This document shows positions 6,301-16,224 of a stretch of 64,000 nt of DNA, piece after piece. The stretch is from the NCBI GenBank assembly GCA_045545475.1, contig JAZQAZ010000047.1:55269-119268 (forward strand), read 5' to 3'. This stretch comes from Clostridia bacterium. Its GTDB lineage: Bacteria; Bacillota; Clostridia; CAKSNL01; HGM11501. Position numbers and translations under genes: made by a program. The notes beneath the pieces are model-generated. The model had not been told where the DNA came from. It searched no databases and saw nothing but the letters and a program-made list of their open reading frames with translations. How positions within the stretch are numbered: position 1 is the first letter of the stretch; every line of letters starts with the position of its first letter.

Positions 6301-8910
6301 ATGAAGCATTTTTGTCAGGCAAAGGAATCGGTTATGGAATTTTTCAAAACCGATGAAAAGACGGGACTGAGTGAAGAAAGAGCAGAAAAACTTAAGGAAG
6401 AGTATGGTCTCAACAAATTAAAGGAAAAGAAAAAGAAAACAACAATGGAGCGTTTTCTTGACCAGTTCAAGGATGCAATGATACTTATTTTGATTGCTGC
6501 CGCAATTGTTTCATTCGTTGTAATTTGTGTCGAAAAAAACTGGGGAGAGCTTTTCGAGCCGGCACTTATCGTATTGATTGTTATCTTAAATGCGGTTATG
6601 GGCGTGTACCAAGAGGGTAAGGCAGAAAAGGCACTAGATGCACTTAAGAGTATGTCTGCACCCCACGCAAGAGTAATCCGTGGCGGCGAAGAAAAAATCA
6701 TTGATGCAAAGGACCTTGTGCCCGGGGATATAATCCGCCTTGAAGCGGGAGATTTTGTGCCTGCGGATGCAAGACTTCTTCACAGTGCAGGCTTAAAATC
6801 GGAAGAATCCGCTCTCACAGGAGAATCTGTTCCTTCGGAAAAGGATTATCTTGCAGAGGTTGGGGAAGATGCTCCCATTGGCGACAGATTAAATATGGTT
6901 TATTCCGGATGCAGCATTACTTACGGAACAGCGACTGCTGTTGTTACCGCAACTGGTATGGATACCGAAATGGGGATGATTGCAAATCTTCTTGATAACG
7001 AAGATGAGGGACAGACTCCGCTTCAGCAAAAACTTGCCCAGCTCGGTAAATATCTTGGAATTATGGCACTTGCAGCTTGTGCAATCATATTTTTTGTGGG
7101 GCTTACAAACGGAATAGCAGTACTTGAAATCTTTATGACTGCGGTTTCTCTTGCTGTATCGGCAATTCCTGAGGGACTTCCTGCCATTGTTACCATTGTG
7201 CTTTCAATCGGAGTACAGCGTATGGTAAAGAAAAATGCTCTTATCCGTAAGCTTCCTGCGGTTGAAACATTGGGCGGAGCATCTGTTATATGTTCGGATA
7301 AAACTGGAACGCTTACACAAAACCGTATGACTCTTACAAAGGCATATGTGGACGGCTTTTCTGAGACGGAAGGCATAAGCACTAACAACACCGAAGCGGT
7401 AAGAAAGCTTCTTATGTTAGGGGCACTTTGCTGTGACGGATCGGTTGTATTTGATGGTGATGAAGAAAAGCATATCGGCGACCCTACAGAAACTGCCATC
7501 GTTCTTGCGGCACATAAAAACGGTATGCCGAAGGAAAAAATTAATGAAAAGTTTCCTCGTCTTGCTGAAATTCCCTTTGACTCCGACAGAAAACTTATGT
7601 CAACCGTAAATCTCATGGACGGCAGAAAGATAGTAATCGTAAAGGGTGCCTTTGATATGATGGCAGAAAGGTGCGTAAAGGGAAATCTCAAAGCGGCGAA
7701 AAACTTCACAGAAGCTATGAGCAAAGACGCTTTAAGAGTTTTGGCAATAGGATATAAGGAAATTGACGAAGTACCCGAAAATCCCACATCCGAAGCTCTT
7801 GAAAACGGACTTACATTTATGGGACTCGTAGGTATGATTGACCCACCGAGACCCGAAGCGAAGGATGCGGTGGCACTGTGTAGAAGAGCCGGAATCAAGC
7901 CGGTTATGATTACAGGAGACCACGTTGTTACTGCCTCCGCAATCGCAAAAGAGCTTGGAATTCTTTCGGAGGGCGACAAGGCGATTACAGGAAGCGAACT
8001 TGACGCAATGACCGACAGAGAGCTGGATGAGCAGGTTGAAAACATTTCGGTTTATGCAAGAGTATCTCCCGAAAATAAAATAAGAATAGTTAAGGCGTGG
8101 CAGAGAAAAGATAAGGTTGTATCAATGACAGGTGATGGAGTAAACGATGCTCCTGCCCTTAAAGCTGCCGACATCGGCTGTGCTATGGGTATTACAGGCA
8201 CAGATGTTGCAAAGGGTGCATCGGATATGACTCTCACGGACGATAACTTTGCAACCATAGTTGATGCTGTGAGAGAGGGCAGAGGCATTTACGAAAACAT
8301 CAAAAAGGTTGTCGGATTTTTACTTGGGACCAATATCGGCGAGGTAATAACCGTGTTTATGGCAATGCTTTTGTGGCATAAAACACCCCTTCTTTCTATG
8401 CAGTTACTTTGGATAAACCTTGTTACAGACTCACTTCCCGCTATTGCTCTCGGGATGGAGGCTGTTGAAAGCGACGTAATGGATAAAGCACCCAAGCCGA
8501 AAAACGAAGGTATCTTTGCTGGCGGTCTTGGCATCCGTGTGATACTTCAAGGTATTATGTTTGCAGTTCTTACCCTTTTCGGATTTAAGATGGGAGAAAA
8601 TGTGACAGGAACATTGGAAGGCGGCCAGACAATGGCGTTTATGATACTTGCCCTTTCCCAGGTTGTTCAGAGCTTTAATATGAGGAGTGAACATTCTCTC
8701 TTTAATATCGGAATGTTTTCAAATAAAAAGTTAAACGGTGCGGCAATTGTCTCTGTACTCCTTGTGGCTCTTGTTTTATTCACTCCCTTGAGAGTGGCAT
8801 TCGGACTTGTGATACTTCCCTCTAAGCTTTACCTTATAGCAGTTGGTCTGATATTTGTTCCGCTTCTGGTTATTGAAATAACAAAGGCGTTAAGGCATAT
8901 TAAAAAATAA
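6301..8910 (+). CDS. P-type IIA cation-translocating ATPase (Ca2+/Mn2+, YoaB-like)
   Basis: TGES, PEGL, DKTGTLT, GDGVND and WINLVTD motifs. Confidence 0.95.
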   Translation: MKHFCQAKESVMEFFKTDEKTGLSEERAEKLKEEYGLNKLKEKKKKTTMERFLDQFKDAMILILIAAAIVSFVVICVEKNWGELFEPALIVLIVILNAVMGVYQEGKAEKALDALKSMSAPHARVIRGGEEKIIDAKDLVPGDIIRLEAGDFVPADARLLHSAGLKSEESALTGESVPSEKDYLAEVGEDAPIGDRLNMVYSGCSITYGTATAVVTATGMDTEMGMIANLLDNEDEGQTPLQQKLAQLGKYLGIMALAACAIIFFVGLTNGIAVLEIFMTAVSLAVSAIPEGLPAIVTIVLSIGVQRMVKKNALIRKLPAVETLGGASVICSDKTGTLTQNRMTLTKAYVDGFSETEGISTNNTEAVRKLLMLGALCCDGSVVFDGDEEKHIGDPTETAIVLAAHKNGMPKEKINEKFPRLAEIPFDSDRKLMSTVNLMDGRKIVIVKGAFDMMAERCVKGNLKAAKNFTEAMSKDALRVLAIGYKEIDEVPENPTSEALENGLTFMGLVGMIDPPRPEAKDAVALCRRAGIKPVMITGDHVVTASAIAKELGILSEGDKAITGSELDAMTDRELDEQVENISVYARVSPENKIRIVKAWQRKDKVVSMTGDGVNDAPALKAADIGCAMGITGTDVAKGASDMTLTDDNFATIVDAVREGRGIYENIKKVVGFLLGTNIGEVITVFMAMLLWHKTPLLSMQLLWINLVTDSLPAIALGMEAVESDVMDKAPKPKNEGIFAGGLGIRVILQGIMFAVLTLFGFKMGENVTGTLEGGQTMAFMILALSQVVQSFNMRSEHSLFNIGMFSNKKLNGAAIVSVLLVALVLFTPLRVAFGLVILPSKLYLIAVGLIFVPLLVIEITKALRHIKK

Positions 8911-9000
8911 TATTTTATATGTAAAAATTCCCGAAATGGTTGCAAAATCTTCCCTGTGGTACTATAATCCGGGTATAACATAAAAAAGGGAGATGTTTTT

Positions 9001-10134
9001 ATGAAAAAATTCAGAGTAGGCGTTGTAGGCTTAGGTCACAGAGGAAGACTTATGTTTGCTCTTGCAGCAGATTCCTTTGATTCGGTCATTCCTGCGGCAG
9101 CCTGCGACTTGTTTGAAAGAAACTTCTACGAAAAGCAGTGGCTTATGGATGATGCTATGTGTAATCTCTACCCCGAAACCGTGTTTTATAAGGACTATGA
9201 CGAGATGCTTGAAAAGGCGGATCTTGATGTTATAATAGTTGAAACGGGGGCTGACGTGCACTGCGATTTTTGCATAAAGGCTCTGGAAAAAAACATAAAT
9301 GTATTGACCGATATTCCTGTTGTTGCAAACCTTTCAGAGGCTGAAAGAATCTGGAAGGCGGCTGAAAAGTCAACTGCTATGATTTCTGTCGGTGCAAATC
9401 CCAACGAGCAGAAGTTTGCAGTTATGCTTCAGGAGTTTTCTAAGTCGGGAAGACTTGGAAAGCCCTACTGCATGGAGGCTGAATACATTCACTGGAGTAT
9501 GCCTAATTCCGAAGGACATAAGGCTCTTACCGAAAACGGCGACTGGAGAAAGCTTCTTTCTCCCATAAGATACTGCACCCATTCTCTTGGTCCTCTCCTT
9601 ACTGTTGTGGATGAAGAGCTTCGCTATGTAAGCTGCTTTGGAACAGGACCTCACGCCGATGATTATGACGGTAACAAGAAGGACGATATGGTTTGTGCAA
9701 ACTTTAAAACAGAATCCGGCATTGTTATCCGACTTATGAGAAACGGCCGCTGCCGTGCCGATATCGGACATCACAATTACAGAGTATTCGGAACGGAAGG
9801 GTATATGGAGCGAATTGACCGCTTCGGAAAGCCTATGATAAGATACAACTCCATGAAGGATGAAAATAATAAGCTTCAGGAAATAAGTGGCGAATTTACA
9901 CCTCCTGCATATAAGGATAACCCAAAGGCAAAGGGACACGACGGAATTGATTTTGCGATGCAGGATCATTTCTTCAAGGCACTTTCCGAAGGAGGGGTAG
10001 CTCCCATCACCCTTAAGGAAGGCCTTGAAATGACACTTCCCGGAATTTATGCAGAGGAATCCGCAAAGCGTGGCGGCGAGGTAATCCGTATGGTATATCC
10101 TTGGGAAGACGACTGGTCAACAGAAATAAAATAA
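9001..10134 (+). CDS. Gfo/Idh/MocA family oxidoreductase
   Basis: GVVGLGHRG Rossmann motif; YCTH and GHDGID segments. Confidence 0.88.
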   Translation: MKKFRVGVVGLGHRGRLMFALAADSFDSVIPAAACDLFERNFYEKQWLMDDAMCNLYPETVFYKDYDEMLEKADLDVIIVETGADVHCDFCIKALEKNINVLTDIPVVANLSEAERIWKAAEKSTAMISVGANPNEQKFAVMLQEFSKSGRLGKPYCMEAEYIHWSMPNSEGHKALTENGDWRKLLSPIRYCTHSLGPLLTVVDEELRYVSCFGTGPHADDYDGNKKDDMVCANFKTESGIVIRLMRNGRCRADIGHHNYRVFGTEGYMERIDRFGKPMIRYNSMKDENNKLQEISGEFTPPAYKDNPKAKGHDGIDFAMQDHFFKALSEGGVAPITLKEGLEMTLPGIYAEESAKRGGEVIRMVYPWEDDWSTEIK

Positions 10135-10146
10135 ATTAAAAAGTTC

Positions 10147-10175
10147 TTGACAAATAAAAAAAACGGTGGTATAAT
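10147..10175 (+). promoter_or_regulatory. Sigma-A promoter of the T-box leader
   Basis: TTGACA-17bp-TATAAT with extended -10. Confidence 0.85.
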
Positions 10176-10192
10176 CCTTTCAACATAAATAA

Positions 10193-10470
10193 ACAAACGC
10201 AGTGATGCGGAATAGTAAGTAAGGACTTCACCTTTCAAGAGAAATGCCGGTTGGTGCAAGGCATAAGGGAAAATTTACTGAACTCGCCGCGGAGCGGTTG
10301 CCGTGAAATGTAAAGAGTAATGGCAAACGGGAACTCCCGTTACAGAGTTAAGATGTGTTGGCATCTAAGGGCATCCTTTGGGATGAAAAAGAGTGGTACC
10401 GCGGAAATGTTTAAATTTTTACGTTTTCGTCTCTTTGGAAAAGCAAAGAGACGGAAACGTTTTTTTATTG
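10193..10470 (+). ncRNA. T-box riboswitch, leucine specifier (CTC)
   Basis: Stem I AGTA/AGAGA/GGTGCAA motifs; GAA-CTC specifier at 10283-10285; T-box AAGAGTGGTACCGCG at 10389-10403; terminator CGTCTCTTTG/CAAAGAGACG plus T tract. Confidence 0.92.
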
Positions 10471-10506
10471 AATCGCAAAAATATTTTGAAAGAAAAGAGG
10501 GTTTTT

Positions 10507-11895
10507 ATGAAAAAAATCAACATCACAGATATAACATTAAAGGAGCTTTCAAAGGACAGGGGAATTTCACTTTTATTCCGTGAAAAGACAGCTGTTTCCG
10601 CCTGTGCTGATTCTCTCGGAATCGATGCAATTGAGCTTGCCGGCGTTAAAAATGAAAGAGAAGATAAAATTATATATAAAACCATATCTCAGAACGTAAA
10701 GGAAAGCGTTGTTGCAATTCCGGTTGGCTTTACAAAGGAAGAAGTTGCACTTTCCTGGGAATGCATAAAGGAAGCAGCAAAGCCTCGCCTTCAGGTGGAA
10801 GTTCCCGTATCAACGGTGCAGATGGAATATATCTATCACATCAAGGAAGAAAAGATGCTTGAAAAAATTGCTGAGCTTACAAAGGAAGCAAAGACTATTT
10901 GCTCCGATGTTGAATTTTCTGCACTTGATGCAACAAGAGCAGACATTGCGTTCTTGGTTGCGGCGGCAAAAATTGCAGCCAAAAACGGTGCAACGGTAAT
11001 TTCCGTATCCGATGATGCAGGTGTATCCCTTCCTTCTGAAATCGGAGAAATTGTATCTTCAATAAAGGCAGAACTTGACATCCCCTTATATGTAAGAGTG
11101 TCAGATGCACTCGGAATGGCAAGCGCATCTGCAATAGAGGCAATTAAAAACGGGGCTGACGGAGTGAAGAGTGCAATGGCAGGAGAAAATATTTTATCCT
11201 CTGGCGTAATTTCCGATATCGTAAGTGCAAGAGGCGATGCCCTTGGCATAGAAACAAGCCTTAAAAATACAAAAATCCACAGAAGCATTGACGATCTGCT
11301 TCTGTCAATCAATCATGAAGTATACGACACTGACGGTACAGTAAGCGAAAAGAAAAAGATTTTACTCGATGCAGACAGCACCATTTTCCAGGTATCCCAG
11401 GCGGCAGAAGTACTGGGCTATGACCTGTCCGATGAGGATTTGGGAAATGTACTTCGGGCAATAGTGAACATATGTGAGAAGAAGGGCACCATTGGTGCAA
11501 AGGAGCTTGAAGCATTAATTGCCAGTGAAGCACAGAGAGTTCCTTCCACATATCATCTCGAAAGCTATACCACCACCTGCGGAAACAAAATGGATTCAAT
11601 GTCTCAGGTAATACTTAAATGCAATGATGAAATAATCTCCGGTGTAAGTGCAGGCGACGGTCCCATCGATTCGGTATTCCGTGCAATTGAACAGAGCATC
11701 GGCTTCCACTATGAGCTGGACGATTTCCAGATTCAGGCTGTAACAGAGGGTAAAGAGGCACTCGGTTCTGCCATTGTAAAGCTGAGAAACAACGGAAAGC
11801 TCTATTCCGGTAACGGAATTTCCGCCGACATCGTTGCGGCAAGTGTAAGAGCTTATATAAACGCACTTAACAAAATTGTCTTTGAGGAGAATTAA
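10507..11895 (+). CDS. 2-isopropylmalate synthase (LeuA) homologue with degenerate active site and intact regulatory domain
   Basis: HMGL-like barrel plus LeuA allosteric domain (GDGPIDS, QAVTEGKEALG, DIVAASVRAYINALN); DTTLRDGEQ and HxHND motifs absent. Confidence 0.85.
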   Translation: MKKINITDITLKELSKDRGISLLFREKTAVSACADSLGIDAIELAGVKNEREDKIIYKTISQNVKESVVAIPVGFTKEEVALSWECIKEAAKPRLQVEVPVSTVQMEYIYHIKEEKMLEKIAELTKEAKTICSDVEFSALDATRADIAFLVAAAKIAAKNGATVISVSDDAGVSLPSEIGEIVSSIKAELDIPLYVRVSDALGMASASAIEAIKNGADGVKSAMAGENILSSGVISDIVSARGDALGIETSLKNTKIHRSIDDLLLSINHEVYDTDGTVSEKKKILLDADSTIFQVSQAAEVLGYDLSDEDLGNVLRAIVNICEKKGTIGAKELEALIASEAQRVPSTYHLESYTTTCGNKMDSMSQVILKCNDEIISGVSAGDGPIDSVFRAIEQSIGFHYELDDFQIQAVTEGKEALGSAIVKLRNNGKLYSGNGISADIVAASVRAYINALNKIVFEEN

Positions 11896-11896
11896 C

Positions 11897-14353
11897 ATGA
11901 AAATCGTATTTTCGACAAAAAATGTAAGCCGCCCGTCTTTTCTGGACTTGTGCCGCTATGCATATGACTACGGATATTCGGGATTTGAAATTTACGATGC
12001 GACAAAAGAGAGAGCATCCCACTATGACAGCATTCTCCGTAATGACCGCACGGCAGATGCGAAAAGAAAGTTACTTAACAGAAGCCTTTCTGTTTCGGCA
12101 CTTCATTATCCCTACAGCATTGATTCGGATGAAGCAACGGGGGACGGCATATATAAATATGTAGTTATGGCACGCATTGCCGGCATTGAAAACGTAATAG
12201 TAAGAATCGAAAAGGAAACGGATAAGGCAGTGCTTTCAGAAAAGCTTGGCGAAGCTATAAAATGCGCCGAAAAGTCTGATGTAAGAATCCTTCTTGAAAC
12301 TGTCGGCTATCTTTCGGAAACTGAGCATGTAATTGATATAATAAACCATTTCTCATCAGCAGTGCTTGGTGCTTCCTGGAATATCAGAGGCACATACTTC
12401 GGTGCAGGAGAAAGTGCAGAAACCACCATAAAAAGCCTTGGTGCATATATAAAATATGTACGTCTGGGTGATATGGCGGACGGCAAAACCGTTTTAATAG
12501 GCGAGGGAACACTTCCTGTAGGCGAATTCATAAACGCCCTTACGAGCCTTAACTTTGACGGCTTTGTATGTGCTTCATGGAACGATGAAATCAACGATGC
12601 TGATATTGTACTCACTCACTTTGCAAACTATATTGCATCCCTTTCAAGGGATAAAAAGGAGCACGACAAGGTATATTACAACAGAGCAAAGACAGGTACC
12701 TTTGTATGGAAAAAGTATGACATCATCGACTATACCTTCTCCGAGGTGCTTGACACAATGGTAGAAAAGTACCCCGACCAGTATGCATTCAAGTACACAA
12801 CCCTTGACTATACAAGAACATACGCCCAGTTCCGCCGTGATGTGGATGAATGTGCCGCAGCTTTAATTTCCCTCGGCGTAAAAGCAGGAGACCACGTGGC
12901 TGTATGGGCAACAAACATCCCTGCCTGGTATATCACCTTCTGGGCAACCACGAAAATCGGTGCCGTATTGGTTACGGTAAACACCGCATACAAAATCCAC
13001 GAAATTGAATACCTCTTAAAGCAGTCGGATACCCATACTTTGGTTATGATAGATGAGTGCAAGGACATTAATTATAAGGAAATTATGGAGGAACTATGCC
13101 CTGAGCTTAAGACTATGAAACCCGGCGATGCACTCTATTCCAAAAACCTGCCCTTCCTTCGTAATATCGTAACAGTAGGCTTCTCTATGCAGGGGTGCCT
13201 TACCTGGGAAGAAATGTTAAAGAGAGCAGAAATGGTGCCCCGTGAAGAGGTAAGGCGACGTGCATCGCTTGTCAAGGCAGACGATGTATGTAATATGCAG
13301 TATACATCGGGAACTACAGGCTTCCCCAAGGGCGTAATGCTTACCCACAGAAACATTGTAAATAACGGTAAGACGATAGGCGACAGAATGGATTTATCCA
13401 CCGCTGACCGTATGATGATTCAGGTACCTATGTTCCACTGCTTTGGAATGGTGCTTTCAATGACATCAATGATGACTCACGGCGGAACACTTTGCCCCAT
13501 GCCTTATTTCTCACCGAAATCATCCCTTGCCTGCGTAAACGATGAGCATATCACCTGCTTTAACGGCGTCCCCACAATGTTTATCGCAATGTTTGCACAT
13601 AAGGACTTTGCAAAGACCGACTTTTCATATATGAGAACCGGGATTATGGCAGGTGCAAACTGCCCTGCGGACCTTATGAGACGTGCTGCGGACGAAATGA
13701 ATATGCGTGAGATTATCTCCGTTTACGGTCAGACCGAAGCATCACCGGGATGCACGATGGGTGAAGTAAATGAGGATATCGACCACAGAGTTGAAACAGT
13801 CGGTTCACCCTTCCCCGGCGTTGAGTGTAAGATAATCGATCCCGAAACAGGGGAAGAATTGCCCGACGGTGAAAGCGGCGAATTTGTGGCACGCGGATTT
13901 AACATAATGAAGGGCTATTATAAAATGCCCGAAGCAACCGCACAGACCATTGATAAAGACGGATGGCTTCACTCTGGCGACATCTGTTGCCGTACACCTG
14001 ACGGATATTTCAAGGTAACCGGCCGTCTTAAGGATATGATAATAAGAGGCGGTGAAAACCTTTATCCCAGAGAAATTGAAGAATTTTATCTTACCAATCC
14101 TAAGGTACGTGACGTTCAGGTTGTGGGTGTGCCGGATGAGCGTTACGGCGAGGAATGCTGTGCGTGGATAATTCTTCACAAGGGCGAGGAGGCAACCGAG
14201 GAAGAAATGAAGGAATTCGGTAACGCTTCCATTGCACGCCATAAAGTGCCTCGCTATTTCATTTTCGTGAAAGAATTCCCCATGAATGCGGCAGGTAAAA
14301 TATTAAAGTATAAAATGCGTGATGAATCCAAGGAAATACTTGGTCTTAAATAA
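11897..14353 (+). CDS. Fusion of xylose-isomerase-like TIM barrel and acyl-CoA synthetase (AMP-binding)
   Basis: N-terminal ~260 aa AP_endonuc_2-like; C-terminal YTSGTTGFPKG, YGQTE, SGD, GRLKDMIIRGGEN, GKI; RBS GAGGAG. Confidence 0.9.
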   Translation: MKIVFSTKNVSRPSFLDLCRYAYDYGYSGFEIYDATKERASHYDSILRNDRTADAKRKLLNRSLSVSALHYPYSIDSDEATGDGIYKYVVMARIAGIENVIVRIEKETDKAVLSEKLGEAIKCAEKSDVRILLETVGYLSETEHVIDIINHFSSAVLGASWNIRGTYFGAGESAETTIKSLGAYIKYVRLGDMADGKTVLIGEGTLPVGEFINALTSLNFDGFVCASWNDEINDADIVLTHFANYIASLSRDKKEHDKVYYNRAKTGTFVWKKYDIIDYTFSEVLDTMVEKYPDQYAFKYTTLDYTRTYAQFRRDVDECAAALISLGVKAGDHVAVWATNIPAWYITFWATTKIGAVLVTVNTAYKIHEIEYLLKQSDTHTLVMIDECKDINYKEIMEELCPELKTMKPGDALYSKNLPFLRNIVTVGFSMQGCLTWEEMLKRAEMVPREEVRRRASLVKADDVCNMQYTSGTTGFPKGVMLTHRNIVNNGKTIGDRMDLSTADRMMIQVPMFHCFGMVLSMTSMMTHGGTLCPMPYFSPKSSLACVNDEHITCFNGVPTMFIAMFAHKDFAKTDFSYMRTGIMAGANCPADLMRRAADEMNMREIISVYGQTEASPGCTMGEVNEDIDHRVETVGSPFPGVECKIIDPETGEELPDGESGEFVARGFNIMKGYYKMPEATAQTIDKDGWLHSGDICCRTPDGYFKVTGRLKDMIIRGGENLYPREIEEFYLTNPKVRDVQVVGVPDERYGEECCAWIILHKGEEATEEEMKEFGNASIARHKVPRYFIFVKEFPMNAAGKILKYKMRDESKEILGLK

Positions 14354-14357
14354 TTTT

Positions 14358-14387
14358 AATGCGGTAAGGGAAACCTTACCGCATTTT
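14358..14387 (+). terminator. Intrinsic terminator
   Basis: AATGCGGTAAGG-GAAA-CCTTACCGCATT plus T tract. Confidence 0.8.
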
Positions 14388-14475
14388 CTAAAGAATAATT
14401 GACGTAATCAAAAGATTGTGATATACTTAAAAATTAAAGATAGATTTTACACTTATCCTTAAGGAGGCTTTTTAT

Positions 14476-15663
14476 ATGGTATCTGAAAAAATGTATGAGC
14501 TCGGAAGCAAAAGAAGCGAAATCCGTGAGCTTTTCGAGTATGGATTAAAAAGAAAGGCAGAAATCGGAGCTGAAAATGTTTTCGATTTCAGCTTGGGTAA
14601 CCCCAGCGTTCCTGCACCCGAATGTGTAAAGGAAGCACTCGCTGATTTAGTACTTAACACAGACCCCGTGGCACTTCACGGCTACACCTCTGCCCAGGGT
14701 GCACCCGATGTAAGAAAAAGCTGTGCAGACTACGTAAATAAAACCTTTGGTACAAGCTATACAGGGGACAATTTCTATATGACGGTAGGTGCGGCGGCAT
14801 CCCTTACAATTTCCCTTTCCGCAATATCTGAAGAGGGAAGCGAGGTTATCGTTCTTGCACCCTTTTTCCCCGAATACACAGTATTCATAAAGCAGGCGGG
14901 AATGACGCCCGTAACAGTAAAGTGCCGCGAAGAGGACTTTCAAATTGACTTTGATGCACTCAAGTGTGCAATAGGAGACAAGACAAAGGCGATAATCATA
15001 AATTCACCAAACAATCCTTCAGGCGTTGTGTTCTCCGAGGATACAATCAAGCGCCTTGCCGAAGTTTTAGCCGAGGCGGAAGCAAAATATAACAAGGAAA
15101 TATACATAATTGCGGACGAGCCTTACCGTGAGCTTGTATACACAGATGGCGTAACCGTTCCTTTCATTCCTAACTATTACAACAACACAATAGTTTGCTA
15201 TTCCTTCAGTAAGTCACTTTCCCTTCCTGGTGAAAGAATCGGTTATATCTTAGTTCCAGACAAGGCAACCGACTGGAAAAAGGTTTACTTTGCGGTTTGC
15301 GGAGCAGGCAGAAGCCTTGGCTTTGTTTGTGCACCGTCCCTTTTCCAGAAGATTGTACCCAAATGCATAGGAAAAACAGCGGACATTTCAATCTACAAGA
15401 AAAACCGAGATATTTTATGCGATGCACTCACAAAATACGGCTACAAGGTGGCACAGCCCGATGGTGCGTTCTATCTTTTTGTAAAGGCAATGGAGTCTGA
15501 TTCCCACGCTTTTTGCGAAAAGGCTAAAAAGTATGAACTTCTCTTGGTGCCCGGTGACAGCTTCGGCTATCCCGGCTACATCAGAATTTCCTACTGCGTA
15601 TCAACTGAAATGATTGAAAAGTCACTTCCTTCATTTGAAAAACTTGCTGCGGAATATAAATAA
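14476..15663 (+). CDS. PLP-dependent class I/II aminotransferase (aspartate aminotransferase-like)
   Basis: NSPNNPSG, DEPY and SFSKSLSLPGERIG motifs. Confidence 0.92.
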   Translation: MVSEKMYELGSKRSEIRELFEYGLKRKAEIGAENVFDFSLGNPSVPAPECVKEALADLVLNTDPVALHGYTSAQGAPDVRKSCADYVNKTFGTSYTGDNFYMTVGAAASLTISLSAISEEGSEVIVLAPFFPEYTVFIKQAGMTPVTVKCREEDFQIDFDALKCAIGDKTKAIIINSPNNPSGVVFSEDTIKRLAEVLAEAEAKYNKEIYIIADEPYRELVYTDGVTVPFIPNYYNNTIVCYSFSKSLSLPGERIGYILVPDKATDWKKVYFAVCGAGRSLGFVCAPSLFQKIVPKCIGKTADISIYKKNRDILCDALTKYGYKVAQPDGAFYLFVKAMESDSHAFCEKAKKYELLLVPGDSFGYPGYIRISYCVSTEMIEKSLPSFEKLAAEYK

Positions 15664-15678
15664 GAAAGGAAAATAACT

Positions 15679-16212
15679 ATGTCAAATATATGGCATGACA
15701 TATCGCCAAAAAGAATAAAGCCGGAAGATTTCATCTGCGTAATTGAAATATCCAAGGGCAGTAAGAAAAAGTATGAGCTTGACAAGGAAACAGGCTATCT
15801 GATGCTGGACAGAATTCTTTATACCTCCACTCACTATCCTGCAAACTACGGCTTTATCCCGAGAACCTACGGTGACGATAATGACCCCCTTGACGTGCTT
15901 TTAATCTGCTCCGAGCAGATTGAGCCTATGACCTTGGTCCGTGCTTACCCAATAGGCGTTATTTCCATGATTGACAACGGCCGTAAGGATGAAAAAATCA
16001 TTGCAATTCCCTTTAACGACCCCAACTACAATATGTATAACGACATATCGGAGCTTCCAGGCCACGTATTTGCGGAAATGAAGCACTTTTTCACCGTTTA
16101 CAAAAATCTTGAAAACAAGGAAACGGCGGTTGATGAAGTAAGCGGCAAGGAAGAATCTGTAAAGATAATAAACGATGCTATAAGAAACTATATAAAGAAA
16201 TTCTGCGAATAA
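15679..16212 (+). CDS. ppa: Family I inorganic pyrophosphatase
   Basis: YPANYGFIPRT and DDNDPLDV motifs. Confidence 0.95.
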   Translation: MSNIWHDISPKRIKPEDFICVIEISKGSKKKYELDKETGYLMLDRILYTSTHYPANYGFIPRTYGDDNDPLDVLLICSEQIEPMTLVRAYPIGVISMIDNGRKDEKIIAIPFNDPNYNMYNDISELPGHVFAEMKHFFTVYKNLENKETAVDEVSGKEESVKIINDAIRNYIKKFCE

Positions 16213-16224
16213 AGGAATTTTCAT

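Noticed and set aside
7023-8045. 340-aa antisense ORF, and similar ones such as 42342-43223 and 9370-9969
   Set aside because: They lie wholly opposite well-supported genes and have no recognisable motifs; codon-bias shadows
10320-10506. ORF 10320-10583 and the upstream extension of the LeuA-like ORF to 10393
   Set aside because: This region is the T-box antiterminator/terminator; the likely start is ATG 10507 after an AGAGG RBS
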